A stretch of DNA of 64,000 bases, from the NCBI GenBank assembly GCA_013239625.1, contig MU054391.1:1951130-2015129 (forward strand). Reading direction: 5' to 3'. The notes beneath the pieces are model-generated. The model did no database searches, was not told where the DNA came from, and worked only from the letters and a program-made list of their open reading frames with translations. Positions within the stretch are counted from its first letter, which is position 1, and every line of letters starts with the position of its first letter. Origin of the DNA: Lama guanicoe (lineage: Eukaryota). Position numbers and translations under genes: made by a program. Shown one piece after another: positions 35,640 to 48,459 of this stretch.

Positions 35640-35860
35640 GGCAACGCGGTAGGGCTCAAGGCGCTTTATAAATTGTATCTTGTTAATCTTTGCGAAACTC
35701 CAGAGAGGCAGGGAGTCGATAAATACCGGTGTCTCTCCTTCGGACAGTGGGAGGACAGCAAGTGGGGAGAGATTAAGAGATTTGTCCAAGGTCACACTGC
35801 AAGTTAATTAGAGTTTGAAAGAAAATGAGTGTCCCAGGCCGGCTTTCTTTCCCTCAGACC
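35640..35860 (-). mobile_element. MIR SINE
   Basis: gcgctttataaattgtatcttgttaatctttgc..agagattaagagatttgtccaaggtcacactgcaagtt. Confidence 0.7.
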
Positions 35861-36339
35861 CCGCCGCTCCATCTCCACTCCTGGGCGTCTCAGCCCTGAA
35901 CGGCGGTCCCAGCACTTGTGCTAATTAGTGACCGGGGGAGCCTTTTCCTTACGGAGGCTTAGAGATGGAGGAGACATGGGGACCAGGGAGGGTCTTTATT
36001 ACCTCTGAAGCCACCTGGCCTCCAGACAGGCGCACAGGAGGTCATTTGGAAGGTTGACAAAAATGTCTCAGTTTGCATTGCTTCTTGGAGATGCCTTTGA
36101 AGCAAATGCCTTTGTCCAAACAAGGGGACGTTGCTGACAGCAGACAGGAGATAAGAAATCAACAATCACTGTGTTTGAAGAGAGGGTTCTAGACCATTGA
36201 TTCTTTCTGGGTATCCCGGGGACCAACAGAGGATTTATTCCTCACTCTGCTTTCAGCGCATTTCTAGGTGGGTGCCAGAGCCCTTTGGGGTGAAGGTCAG
36301 TTGCAAGCAGAGGTAGCAATGCAGGCACAAACCTCTCTA

Positions 36340-36700
36340 ACTCCCTGCAAATTTGAGTTTCTGCTAGAACCACCTTATCTCTCACAGTCACCCCGGCTTG
36401 AGGCCACAGCCAGCCACCCTCAGCCCTCTCTCTTGTTTCTGTCCCACGTGCGGGGACGAAGACCTCTAACCCCGCGTCTGCGATACTTCACGTGGCGTTG
36501 TCCCTGATCTCTTCTGTGGCGTCACTGCGGGCCAGGCTGTCCTGCGTCTGGTCCGGCCGGCTCTGGCCCCGCTCACTCCAGGCCATCCTGCTTCGCCCCG
36601 ACGGACTGTCTGGAAGCACACAACCCCACTCAGAAATCGCGCAGGCCTCCCTGGACGACTGTCTCTAAAACACCCATCGAAGCCGCCAGGCGAGACCTCG
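36340..36700 (+). mobile_element. L2 relic
   Basis: cactccaggccatcctgc..gtctggaagcacacaaccccactcagaaatc..aggcctccctggacg..taaaacaccc. Confidence 0.45.
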
Positions 36701-37589
36701 AATTTGCCGCCACGTGTTTTTCTGTCTCATAGTCTATTTATAGGACCCGTGGTCCCCAAACATCATTGCCACCACCAGCATCCTCACGATGGCAATTTTA
36801 AAAATAAAAGCTATTAAATTGTGCAAATGACTGTCTTTAGGTCTAAAATGATACCTCACCTCTTTTTCTCTGGATTCTGCATTTTTTTTTCATCAGGACC
36901 TAAATTCTTTCATCTTTAACCAGTAGATTTTGAAGCGTGTAAGGATATAATGTGTTTTGACCAATTCTATATATTACAGGAAAAAAGCCGGCATATTTAC
37001 CAGCTTCGTTTAAGAAGTGTGAATGCTGCGGGTCCCTCTGTGTGAATAATGACCTTCCTTTTCCACTTTTTCAGTGCTGCTCATTTGCAGAGATGAGCAG
37101 TGTGGAGAAGCTTGCACAGTGCTGAATGACACAGCAGCCCACGGACTGACGCCAAGGATGATTCTGCTGTTAATAACGGCTTTTGTAGACTGCTCTGTGC
37201 CTGCACAGCGCTGTCCTCTTCCTCTTCTTAATCATTTTTCACATATTCCTGGGAGGTAGAAATCATTGATTTTATAATTTCCTTCCACTGATGAGAAATT
37301 AAAAAAATCAGTGTTTGTGGAAAGACCCCAGGTCACATGGCTGATTTGTCACAGTGTTAGAAGTGCTCTTCTGTTGCCAACAGATATTTTTCCCTTATGA
37401 AGAAAGAAAGAGTCGTGTCCTCAGCACGGAACCTGACGTGTGAGATGTGCTCAGTAATTACATTTTTCCTGCTCAGTGGATAATAGATTTTGATTTTTTA
37501 TTCATAACTGACATGAATTTGGTCTTTTTTTTCCAAATAATTCTTTATATTCAATCTGGAAAGAAAAAAAATCTCACAATCATTAATAA

Positions 37590-37729
37590 TATGGTGGTCT
37601 CAACCCTGGTGGAATATTAGAAACACGTGAGTTTAAGACACCATGTGGTTGGCCAGGGGTTCTGGGCATTGGTGAATGTCAACGCTCTGTGGATCGTTCT
37701 CATGAGCAGCTAGAGGTGAGGATCACTGG
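37590..37729. mobile_element. MER5-family hAT-Charlie element
   Basis: gtggtctcaaccctggtggaatattagaaacac..ctgggcattggt..gttctcatgagcagctagaggtgaggatcactg. Confidence 0.65.
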
Positions 37730-37959
37730 ATCAAAGAATAACGGAAACGCCATGTTTCAGGAAGTGTCTCCCACTCCAGCGTCCTCTAACGCACAAAGTC
37801 CACGCAAGGTCTCTGTTTACAGATCTAGAGGGGGTGGGGGTGTGTTCTGGGGGCGGTGTGTTTCTCTAGTAAAGAAGGCTTTTCCAGTTGAAGGTTGTGC
37901 TGTATATTATCAGGATTAAAAACCTGGTCTTTATTTGGCATCTAAACATAATTATTTAT

Positions 37960-38190
37960 ATATTTGCTTTTAACTGAAGTCCAGTCAGCTTACAGTGTTG
38001 TGTCAGTTTCCGGTGCACAGCACAGTGCGCCAGTCACACATGCACACACGCATATTCCTTTTCATACTCCTTGTCACGGTAGGTCACTACAAGACACATA
38101 TTGTAGTTCCCTGCACTGTACAGGAGGAGCTTGTTCATCTGCTTGATGTCCAGTGGTTTGTGTCTGCAAATCTCGAGCTCCCAATTTACC
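37960..38190 (-). mobile_element. Short L1 3'UTR end (antisense, GC-shifted)
   Basis: ttttaactgaagtccagtcagcttacagtgttgtgtcagtttccggtgcacagcac..gttccctgcactgtacag..tctgcaaatctcgagctcccaattt. Confidence 0.88.
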
Positions 38191-38844
38191 CCTGGAGTTT
38201 GCTTCTCCACCTACCGTGCATAAAATGCTCTGATACTTCAATCAGTTCCTTCCTTTGCATCTCGGCCGTCCAGCCTCCAGAGCGGGGAGAGGATAGACTT
38301 CTGTTGTTGAAGCCCCAGGGGTGGGGCTTTGTCCAGCAGCCTCGCACATTAGTGTGCCCTTACGGAGCCTGCCTAACACGGCCCAGGGCGTGGCATAAAC
38401 TCAACTTAAAAACAACCACAGCATAGGAAACAAAACACAGAAAATATCACCACTGCTATTAAACCCAAAAAATGGATGATTTAAGAAAGTCATGATTCAT
38501 GAGAATTCATGAGAAAGATACCCAATAAATCTACTGAACATCTCACTCCATTTTAAATCGTATTAAAACAGACCATTAGCCAGTCCCTTGGTGCACAGCC
38601 AGAGCTGGCTTTCTGGGTGTGGCTCGGACAACTGACCATTTTGTTCATTTTCTCCCTTTAACTACACTTGTATCCATTGCCAGCAACGTCCAGTGGCTTT
38701 GCTTCACCGTGGAATGAGATCACAGAGCTCTGGGGAGAAATCTCAGGTTTTCCTTTGCACCTCCCGCTTCACAGCGATTTGTTTTTCACTTGCTTTTCAA
38801 ATTGAGGCTTTGCACAGCACTCAGCACGTCCTTCACATAAACAC

Positions 38845-39135
38845 CTCCGCGCGGGCCTAGCTCTTCGGTTTGGGTGCTCCTTTTACCAATTACCTAATGA
38901 GGATAAAGAACGCAGCCGCACAGAGGCTGCGAGCGTGAGCAGCTGACTTCCTACCGACCGACGCTAAGCTGGTGCAGGCGGCAAGGCCGACGGAGGGGCC
39001 GCTGGGTGCCGGCCTCCGCCAGCGCGGGGAGGCCAGGCGGAGGGTGGGTGGGCGCGCGCCTCTGCTGTTGCTGGGTCGTCAGGGTCAACTGGGCTCTTTA
39101 GGTGTGGAACTTGCAGTTGTGTTCGTGTCTCCGCT
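38845..39135. promoter_or_regulatory. CpG-island-like segment in unique sequence
   Basis: ccgcgcggg, ccgaccgacg, ccgccagcgcgggg, gggcgcgcgcc. No repeat recognised here. Confidence 0.4.
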
Positions 39136-39894
39136 GCATTTTCTTCTGGCCTCAACTGTCCTCTCTCCGTGGCTATTTTATCTGTTGGGTTTTTAAAAGA
39201 ATACTTTCCTTGTGAACGTGAGCGAGCTCTCCAGAAACGCATCACATACATAAATCTTCATTGTATGTGACTTTGGTTCCTGCCAGAGTTTCGCAGTTAC
39301 TTTGTCTTTTTGTGCAGACACCAGTGTTTAACTTTTACCGTTTTCAGTGGATTTGAAACTAAGAAATGTCTCTCTCCTCTAGTTTGCTGGGCGTGTGAGT
39401 GATGCTGTCCAGATGCTGTTGGTTATGCCGATCCTTGTTCTGAACAACTGAGCAACCCATGTATTCATTATGTGTTCATGCGTGCATGCGTGTGCATGCA
39501 GCCAGGTTAGAATTAGAACCATACAACAAAGATGTCTAACATGTGATAGACGTGAGATAAACAATTTATTTGTTGTTGAATTTAGTGTCATGTGGGGTGA
39601 AGCAAAAAGGTCTTAGCTACAATTCATTTACAACATTTAAAATTTTTCCACTTTTCACTTCTCTCTGCATTTTAGAATTATTATTTTAATTCCCTCTGAA
39701 ACAGAAGACGTGAAAAAATTTTGGTGGGAACCTCATCAATAATATATATCATTTAATTTGGAAAAATGAACATGATTTTACATAAGCCAATTTTATTGAA
39801 AAACATGTCATAGCTTTCAATCTTTATATATAATTTTAAATCTACTTATTAGCTTATGAAGTTTTATAGAAGCTCACACACTTTTCTTTAAGGT

Positions 39895-40075
39895 TTTTTA
39901 ATATGTGCATGTGTGTATACATATATGAATTTGTACATATATGTATACATATTCATTCCTTTATAAGTATATATATCTATATATAATTTATTCTAATATA
40001 CATAAATGTTTATGTATCTCTCTTTATACAAACATACTCCTTATGTACACATGTGTGTACACACATGCATGTATT
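39895..40075. repeat. (TA/TG/CA) low-complexity tract
   Basis: atatgtgcatgtgtgtatacatatat...tgtacacacatgcatgtat. Confidence 0.8.
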
Positions 40076-41589
40076 AATAAACAGTACAAATGGCAGTAAT
40101 TCTAATAATATTTCCCGTTGGTTTATAGCTGAAATAAAGAGAAAAACATATACTTGCTGAGTAAATGACCATTTTATCAAATTTTGTGCTTCTCTAGTTT
40201 TTAGTTTTTGTTGCTTTTGGTTTTTGGGATGTAGAGCTTGTAATTTCCAAGTTACAGATGGGATCCTGCATTCTCATATTGATTTCGTCTATTTCTTATC
40301 ACATTAAGAAGAATGTCCACGTGAAGATAAGGAAGTGTGATGTTCTGGAAAGAATGTTTACCTTGGAGAATGTAATTAATTTTGCACCATCAAGGTTTGA
40401 ATATAACTTTGATGTAAACTTAGATTTGGGTTTGTATTAAGGTTGCCAGATGAAACTACAGGAATTTAATCTTCTCGTAAAGTCTCCCTGTAGATGTCAG
40501 GCCAGGATGCTGTATGTAGTTACCGCTATTCACCCATTTGAGTTTCGCCCCTTTTTGGTTTAGCTTATGTTAATATTTTACAACGTTATGTTCTTCTTTT
40601 TAAATGGCCTATTCTAGACAGTAATATAATTCCCCTTAATTAGTGTTTCATATTAAACAAAGTCATCTATAAATTTAATCTATGTATATATTTTAAAGCA
40701 ATTTTTCTATTTTGTATTTAATTCTATTTGAAATGCTCAATATCTTTCTCCACATTGTGTGAAAAATGTCTTTTATAAGCCCAAGTTTACCCTTAGAAAA
40801 TTGATTTTTTCTTTGTATAATTTTATTTTGCAATTAAGTTAATCTTCAGTGGCACTTGAGTTAAAAATCTAATTATATAATTAAACATCTGTATTACTAA
40901 GTGATTCATAATGGCATAAAAGTATATCTTTTGAATGTAATTGAGTCTTATTAAGAATCAAATTTTGGGGCAATGGTGTAAGTAAGAAGGAGATATTCTT
41001 GACTTATACTCTCTTAATTTTGACTGAATTTCTAACCAGTAAAGGAGCTATTGCAGAAATTTCTTAATATAGTTTTCTACCATAATCTTATAAATTCTAA
41101 CTGTAATAAAAATATCTTCTTATTCAAACACTATGGTGACATTAGCCACAAAGAATATAGAAATGTCTCTCATATTCTAGGGCTAGCATCGTCATAGTAT
41201 TGGAGAAAGTTTTATCCCTAAAGGATGCACTGTATGTGCATAATACTCACAGATAACACGCACACACAGACACACTTTCCTTACAAGCCAGATGTCGCCT
41301 CAGGGAGTCAATAGTCCAGAGGGTTGTGGATTTTTAATGAAATTTGGGCTTATCCATCTGGACCTCAGTAGGGAGCAGACAGAAGGGGTGGGTGGCATGA
41401 TGGTGAGCGCCTTAGTGGCTGAGAGATATTCACAGTTAGAAGGTCCCAGAGCTCAGTAGAAAGTCAGCTCAAGTCGGAAAAGAGGCTAAAGGGAAAGGCA
41501 AATCAGCGCCTTGGCCCAGACACAGAGGAGCCCAGGGCCGGCGGAGCAGGATGTTCTGTACGCGCTCTCTTAATCTGATATTTAAAGAA

Positions 41590-44350
41590 AAACGCCTGTA
41601 TCCATGAACTTCTTTCTATAGCAACAATTCAACTATAACACCATTGTGTGGTGTATGGTTTTTAGTATTATCTGTTGGATTTAAAAAAAATTCATCATTT
41701 TGTTTAACTAAGAAGGATATTAGAGATGATTTTTGGCCCCAAACTGCCACCAAAATTAGCCTTTTGTGATCTGACACAACAACTTTTCCTTGACATCTTC
41801 AGGAAGTGAATTAGACCAACTCACACATATGTGTATGCTTGCTATGTCCTCTCGTGGTTTTATGTTGAATGTGTACAAAGTATGCTTTTATTCATATAAC
41901 TGTATGTTCATCTGGTGGCTTTTTCTCTCTTTTCTCTCCTTTTCTTCTCCTGCCCATTTGCCATTGAGATAGGCTTGTGGTTCTAGAAAATGGTTATCTT
42001 TATAATAAAACTCCAGGTCCCTTTATTTGTCTATTTTCTATCTATTTCCTACTGTGAACAATAATAAAATTGTCTATTAATTTCCTCTCTCTCTGTCCTC
42101 TTTTCTGCCATCTAACATCAGCTAACATCTCTCTCCTTCCTAAATATCTAATTTAACACATGTCTCTGTCACCCCATTAATTTCTGTAACACCTCCTGTG
42201 GGCAGTTGCATTTTATATATTCTCACTCTTTCAGTTTTTGATGGTTGCCCTGCATCTGTCTTTCCCATACTGCATCATGCCACGTGTGATCATCATGTAA
42301 TCTTTGTACTGCAAGTCACCACGCGGTCACCACTGACTCCCAGTCCTCATGCTGTCATACGTCCTTTCCCCCACCTGTTGGAAGCTCATTCTCCAGTCGA
42401 TTACACACGAGGAGTTCATGGCAGTATTATTTTCTGAGTTTCTGTATGTTGATGATAGTTTATCTCCTTTATGTATAAAGACTGTTTGACTCCTATTTTG
42501 TTTCCTTGAGTATGATAACTGTCTTACTCCACTGTCTTCTGTCATTCAGTGTTTCTGCTGAACAGTCTGATTACCACTTTTGTTTTCCCCTTTATAAATT
42601 ACTTGGTCGTTTGCTTTGGTGCCCTGAGGATTTCTTTTTCATTAACGTGCAGTAGATTTACTGGAATAGCTCTTAGTGACATCCCCTTTTTTTCTGGGCA
42701 CATGGGAGTTCCCTTTTCATATGTCTTAAAAAATACAAGACTTCAGAAAAACTTTACTGAATTTCTTCTGTCCCATTGCTTCAGTATTTTCTTCATTGAC
42801 TCTTATAAGCATGTTGTACCTTCTTTAACTTCTTAAGACCATAATTTTTTCTCTCATCTTCTAAATTTTAATGCGTATCAATTGTGTTTATTTATTCTTG
42901 TGCGACTTCTACTTTGGCCTTCATTTTTGGAAAAAAGACTCGTTTATTTTTAATTTTTCCCTTAGTACTTTTACCTTTCTTTTCAAATCTTCTGTTTCTC
43001 TAACCATCTCATGTTTGCTTTTTGCTAAATATTTGTTATGCCATTTTCACAGTTTCTATTAAAAAAATCATTTAGTTCACTTAGAAATGTTAGGTTAGTA
43101 TTTTCCTTGGTTTTGTGGGCATGTCTTAATGGTGTGTTTTCATTGTAGTGATTTTTTTCCTACTTTTTGGGATATTTTTATATAATCATTGGAAATGAGT
43201 TTTCCAGTCCCTTTAGGAAGGAGGTGTCATTGAAGATACCTTGTCTAGCTTCACAGTGCTGGAGCTCCCTCTTTTTCTGTTTTAATAAAATGATAAACTA
43301 TGGTGACCAGTTGGGTTTCTTCCACCTTTGGAGCCTGTGAACAATGCTGCTATGAACAAGGGTGTTCTTAGGGTGTTTTCCGAGGCCTTGTTTTCAATTC
43401 TTTTGGTGACGGCTCCAGAAATGGAATTGCTGGATCATATGGTTCAGTTGAATGAGTAAACGAAAATGTGTTATATACATAAAAGGAATATTATGCAGCC
43501 TTAAAAAAGAAGGAAATCTGACACATGCTCCAACACGGACAAACCTGGAGGATGTTATGCTCAGTAAAATAGGCAGTCACAAAGGGACAAACATTGTATG
43601 ATTCCATTCTTGTGAGGTGTTTAAAGTAGCCCAATTCATAGAGAAAGGAAGTAGAAATGTGGTTGCCAGGAGCTGAGAGGAGACGGGAATAGGGAGTTAT
43701 TGTTTAATGGGTCCAGAGTTTAGTTTTGCAGGATGAAAAATGTTCTGTGGATGGATGATAGTGATGGTTGTACAACAAGGTGAATGCACCTAATGCCACT
43801 GAACTGCATGCTTAAAAGGGGTGAAAATGGTAAATTTTATGTATATTTTACTACAACTTTCAGAAATAAAAAAAAATACAATGGCAAACATTCTGAGATC
43901 TGCCTCCTCTGATTTCAGTCTCCTTTTAATCTGCTGCCTCTTCCCTTTGTGTTGTGCTGTTCAGTTTGGACTCTACTCCCACCCACCAGTGTCTTCACAG
44001 AGGAGGGTCTTGTCCCATGGACTGAGTCTGCAAGCCCAGCGCGGGTCCCTCCCGCCACCCTGCCTGGACTGCTGATCTCCCCGTGCGCACCCGCCGGCAC
44101 TTAGCGCAGCGTGCGTGCCCCGCCCGCTTGCCTTCCTCTGCTTTCTGCTGCAGCTCTGACCACTCAGCTTACGTGACCACTGCGATCCCCCACCGCCCCT
44201 GCTGCTAATTAGGGTTTCCCAGGTGTGCCTTATCACCTAATTTTAGTGTAAATGCTGTCTGTGGATTTTCAGTATATTGTCCTGGCCCTTGTCTGCTTTT
44301 ACGTGGTGCTTTGGGGAGAGATTCAGAACTATTCTCCCACTGCCATCTTC
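41590..44350 (-). mobile_element. Ancient L1/HAL1-like relic (antisense), interrupted at 43304-43884
   Basis: ttttctgagtttctgtatgttgat..ccactgtcttctg..agtctgattaccacttt..ttctcccactgccatcttcctagaat. Confidence 0.55.
43304..43876 (+). mobile_element. L1MB (L1MB3-like) 3' end with inverted 5' segment
   Basis: 43304-43445 is antisense L1 (ttgggtttcttccacc..aattgctggatcatatggt). 43447-43876 is sense 3' end (aaatgtgttatatacat..gttctgtggatggatgatagtgatggttgtacaac..poly-A). Confidence 0.88.
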
Positions 44351-44478
44351 CTAGAATCCTTAATTCAGCTTTTGATTTTTTCTTTTTCTTCTTTTCTTGT
44401 TTCGTTTTCTTTCTTCCATTTCAGTTTTTTTTCCCTTAAAAAACACAACACTTAAAAGTCAGAGCAACAAATCCTCAC

Positions 44479-44566
44479 ATAATCGATTGACAAAATGGAT
44501 TTTTTTCCAACACACTCCTTATAGGTTCCGTCCTAGACACAGCCAATCTCGAACACTTTCTATATT
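44479..44566 (-). other. Candidate exon (88 nt), minus strand
   Basis: Minus strand reads aatgtttttatttcag|AATATAG...CGATTAT|gtgagg. Confidence 0.25.
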
Positions 44567-47500
44567 CTGAAATAAAAACATTTGCTGTTTAAGACAGTGG
44601 TCTTCAATGATTACATATAAATGAATTTGTTAATTAGATTTGGTCAGGAAAGCTGATCAATGCATATCTTTCCTTCATTAGTGTGAGCTGAGCATTTTAC
44701 GATCCATCTTTATATAATTAGAAAGCATTCTGTAAATGCACTGACTGAGATTTTACTGTATATGTATTTGCTGACAGCAGGCAGATATTCCACACAGTTA
44801 ATGTGTGGCTGAATTTAAACTTCACTTTTCTATCATTTACAACTTCCCCTCTTTACTGGACTCCTCTCAGCTCCTTCCTTGTTGAAACCTTCCCACAGCC
44901 CCCTCCCCACCCCCACCCTGGCTGGCACAATGACTAGCTCACATAAGTGTTCAATACGTTTTATTAGAAATAAAAATCATGTTCTATTTCCAGTGCTTTT
45001 CCTACGGCATGGATGAGGACGCTGGCCTTATAAAATGCCAGTTCTCTTAAAGAAGAAATTCTAATGATGAAAACCATGTTTAACCTTTATGGGAGTTTTT
45101 GGGTCTTTTCATTGTTTCTAGCTGGCTCAACTTTATTCACTGTGAAATTACGATGTAAATTAAAATGTCTGTTCCTCTTTGTTTTAGCTGAGTTAACGCT
45201 ATTCAGAATTGTCTTGCAGATATTCAGGAATAACAGCGCTTTTGCACATCATTTGTGGACGCATTTAATGCAGACGAATCCAGCTATCATCATCAGTGGC
45301 TGTAGGCTACTGACTTCTGTGGACCTTTAAAAAGGGACCGGCAAATCCCTCTTATTAACGTGGAAGGACTTACAGGAAAGTGACAGGCATTAAGATTCAT
45401 AGCATTCCTGCCCCCATTTCACTGAACCTGCTCAGCATCCCATCCATAAATTAAATTATTTAGACACGTGTTAAAGAACAGGCTTCAGGAACAAAAGGGA
45501 CAACAGAATGATGGCATTAGCCTAATTGCCCCATTGTCTGGAGACGGCTCAGAACTGCTGTGAGCGCAGCCAAGAAGGTTTAGAAAGACCTTTGGGAAGG
45601 ACACTGTCTTGGCTTCGATTTTCTCCACTCGGAAGCCCTCCCTCGTTCCCTCCCTTCCTCTCCTCTTCTCTCCCCCTCCTCTCTCTCTTTCCCCCTCTCT
45701 CTCCCACACACATTTACACACGCAAACCCTTTCTTCCCACTGTGTTTCAGAACACTGTAAACAATGGTTTTGAGTGTCTTTTGTTCTAAAAACAGCTGAC
45801 TTCAGGGAAAGTAATGGAGAGGCAAAGAAAAGGAAAGGTATGGATAGTGTAAAAGTTTGCTAGACAAATTTTGTGGAATCATATGTTACCTGTTTCTGTT
45901 TGATGCGCTTATGTTGTCTTTAGTTTCACGGCAAAAACTCACATAGCCAAGATCAACAGTTTTTCTGCCCACAAATCAACATCGAACTGTCTTAGTTACG
46001 GTCTTTCGAGTGACGCTGCCTTAGGAAGCCTGCAGTGTTTTTCTGTTTTTCCCTCCTCTTTGCTGATACCGGCACGTATGCCCTAAGCTCAGGAATAGCT
46101 CTGGGCGGTGACTGACGAAGACACCGCGTTCACAGCTGTGGTTTTAGATCCATAATGACCGTCACGGTGGCCACTCCCCAGAGTCGCCTCTCATGAGGAA
46201 ATGCAGCTCGGGGGTCCCTGGAAAATAGCTTGTTCTTTTACATTTTACTATAGAATTAAATGTTTAAAATATTTCCCCCCTACACTTTATTTCTGAGAGT
46301 CTTCTTTTTTAACCTAAGAAAGGCCTGCTACTGATCGCCACCAGCTCCCTTGACCTTTCGTGAGGTCATGAGGAAATAAGGCCTCGGTGGCCCCTGCGCC
46401 TCACTTGTCCCCTTTCCTACAAGTAACGGGCTTGAGGGGAAGAACGCCGATGGGAGACCGCTCTTCCCTGTGTGGGAGAAGCTAGTGCCCGCGGTGACTG
46501 AAGGTCTCCTGTGAGCCTTCCAACGCGGCCAGACCGCTCACTGTTAATCCTTCCTTTTGGCTCAGGCGTGTCCACAAAGGGGACAAGGAAATTCTGCTGG
46601 TGTAGATGTACCTGCAGTTTGCTTCCCAGATACAGGAGACATTTAGCCCTGTTCGTACAGTGGAGATGCTGCTAGAAAATGCTGACAGACGTGAGGGTAA
46701 GAAGGTCTCCTGACGTCCCGAGGTTCTCCAGTCTCCAATTTCCTTCCTGCGATGCGAGTCCCCCCACAGACTTGGGGTTTCTCTGGGTGGGGTGTTGGTG
46801 AGCAGTGAGCCCCTGTGGGAACCTGAGGGTTCTGCTTGTGCAGTAGACGCTGCCTATAGGAGGAACACAGTCTTGCAATGCTGCCTTTTAATTTTTTTTA
46901 ATGTACATGGTTATTATTGTGATTAAAAACCATAAAACCATGCAAATTTAGTACTTGATTCTTAACAACTATTTGCCATCATTTATTTTCTCAATCAATA
47001 GATGCTGGTAATGTAGGCATTATTATGTGGAGCGTGTGACAATTTTTGATGCTTCGAAGGTACCCGGATGCTTGAGAAAGCTGGGAACGTGGGGTCCAGA
47101 AGTCAGAGCGCTGAGAACTTCCAGGGACTCTGGTGTGTGGCTCCAGGATCACTGCTGGATTCCAGCTGGCTTTACTGGAGGAGAAGAAGGGTCACCCAGG
47201 GTCTCTGAAGATCACCAGCCCTGTGTGTCAGGCAGGAGCTGTTTTGTCTGGTTGGCAAAAGAGCTTGAGAGAGCGATTTCTAGCCGCATGCTCTTGTTGG
47301 TGAGCTTGGAATGCTTTTATTGCTGGAAGCGTTTGGGAGTTTATGCAACCCCCCTTTTCTCGCTTTAAAGAGATGAAATGTTGAAATTAGTAAATATTAA
47401 TGTTTCACAATTCCTTGTTAAAGGATGGCTTAATGTTTGTGCGTAACAATTGGCCGTACTATCACCTGCGGGAAAGTGAACGATGTCTTTGCAATGGCTT

Positions 47501-48459
47501 GAGTTGCACACACCTGAACTTAGAATGCCCTGATTAAATACGAGCTTTACAAACCCACACCGGATACTTCATCTGTTTTCCATAAATTAACTTTATTTGG
47601 ATAATAACAAAACTTCCTCTTTTTAACAGGAACAACATGCATGTTCCCAGGGAGCTCTGGAAAGTGCCTCCAGCTTGAGCGTGTTTCGTGTTTCCTATCT
47701 GTGCCGTGGGATCCGTGGAAGGATGTGACCCCGGTGCCTCACCGTCTTCCAATTAAATTGCTGTGAGCACTTCTATGTTTACACAGGACACAACCAGGGT
47801 AATTCAGAAAGAGGAGAACTGTCTTTTTTGCTTGTTTATGTTCCATTCAACAGCACGGTGCTATGTGTTTTGGCTCATTTATTAGGTCCATCGTGATAGT
47901 TCTCTTATTTCTTTTTTAAAGCCATAACCAGGTTTCCTGTGCTGCTGTGATCTCAGTCCCTCTGCGTCTGGCCAGTTGTCTGGCTGGCTGTGAACCTGCT
48001 AACGTGTGAAGGAGGCGCGTGGCTGGCTGTCTCACAGAGCAGGGCGGCGGCTGGCCGGCACCGCTCCATGGCCAGCTTCTGTGTCCGTCCCACGGGCTGG
48101 CTCACCGGCTTGGTTCAGTGAGTGCTGACTGGTACCAAGAGCCTGATGCTTTGCTACGTGTGCGTCACTGAAGTTAGAAAGGAGGGCGCCTGCATCCTGG
48201 CCTGCTGTGAGCTTCTGCGCCATTGACAAGGCCTCAGAGAGCCTGTCCGTGCGGGAAGTCCTTCTGAGCGCTGGGGTCCAGGGCTCGGTTCCGAATTCCT
48301 GCGTCGTCTCTCCGTAGCCGTGTGCTCCTGGTGGGGACACACTAAACGTGTCTAGGTTGGTGTGTCTGTTACTTGCACTGTGAAATGTGCACTCCGCCAG
48401 CACCTAATTCACTAGGCTCCTTTGAGACTCAAACGGGTTCATTCGCGCAAAGCACTTTC

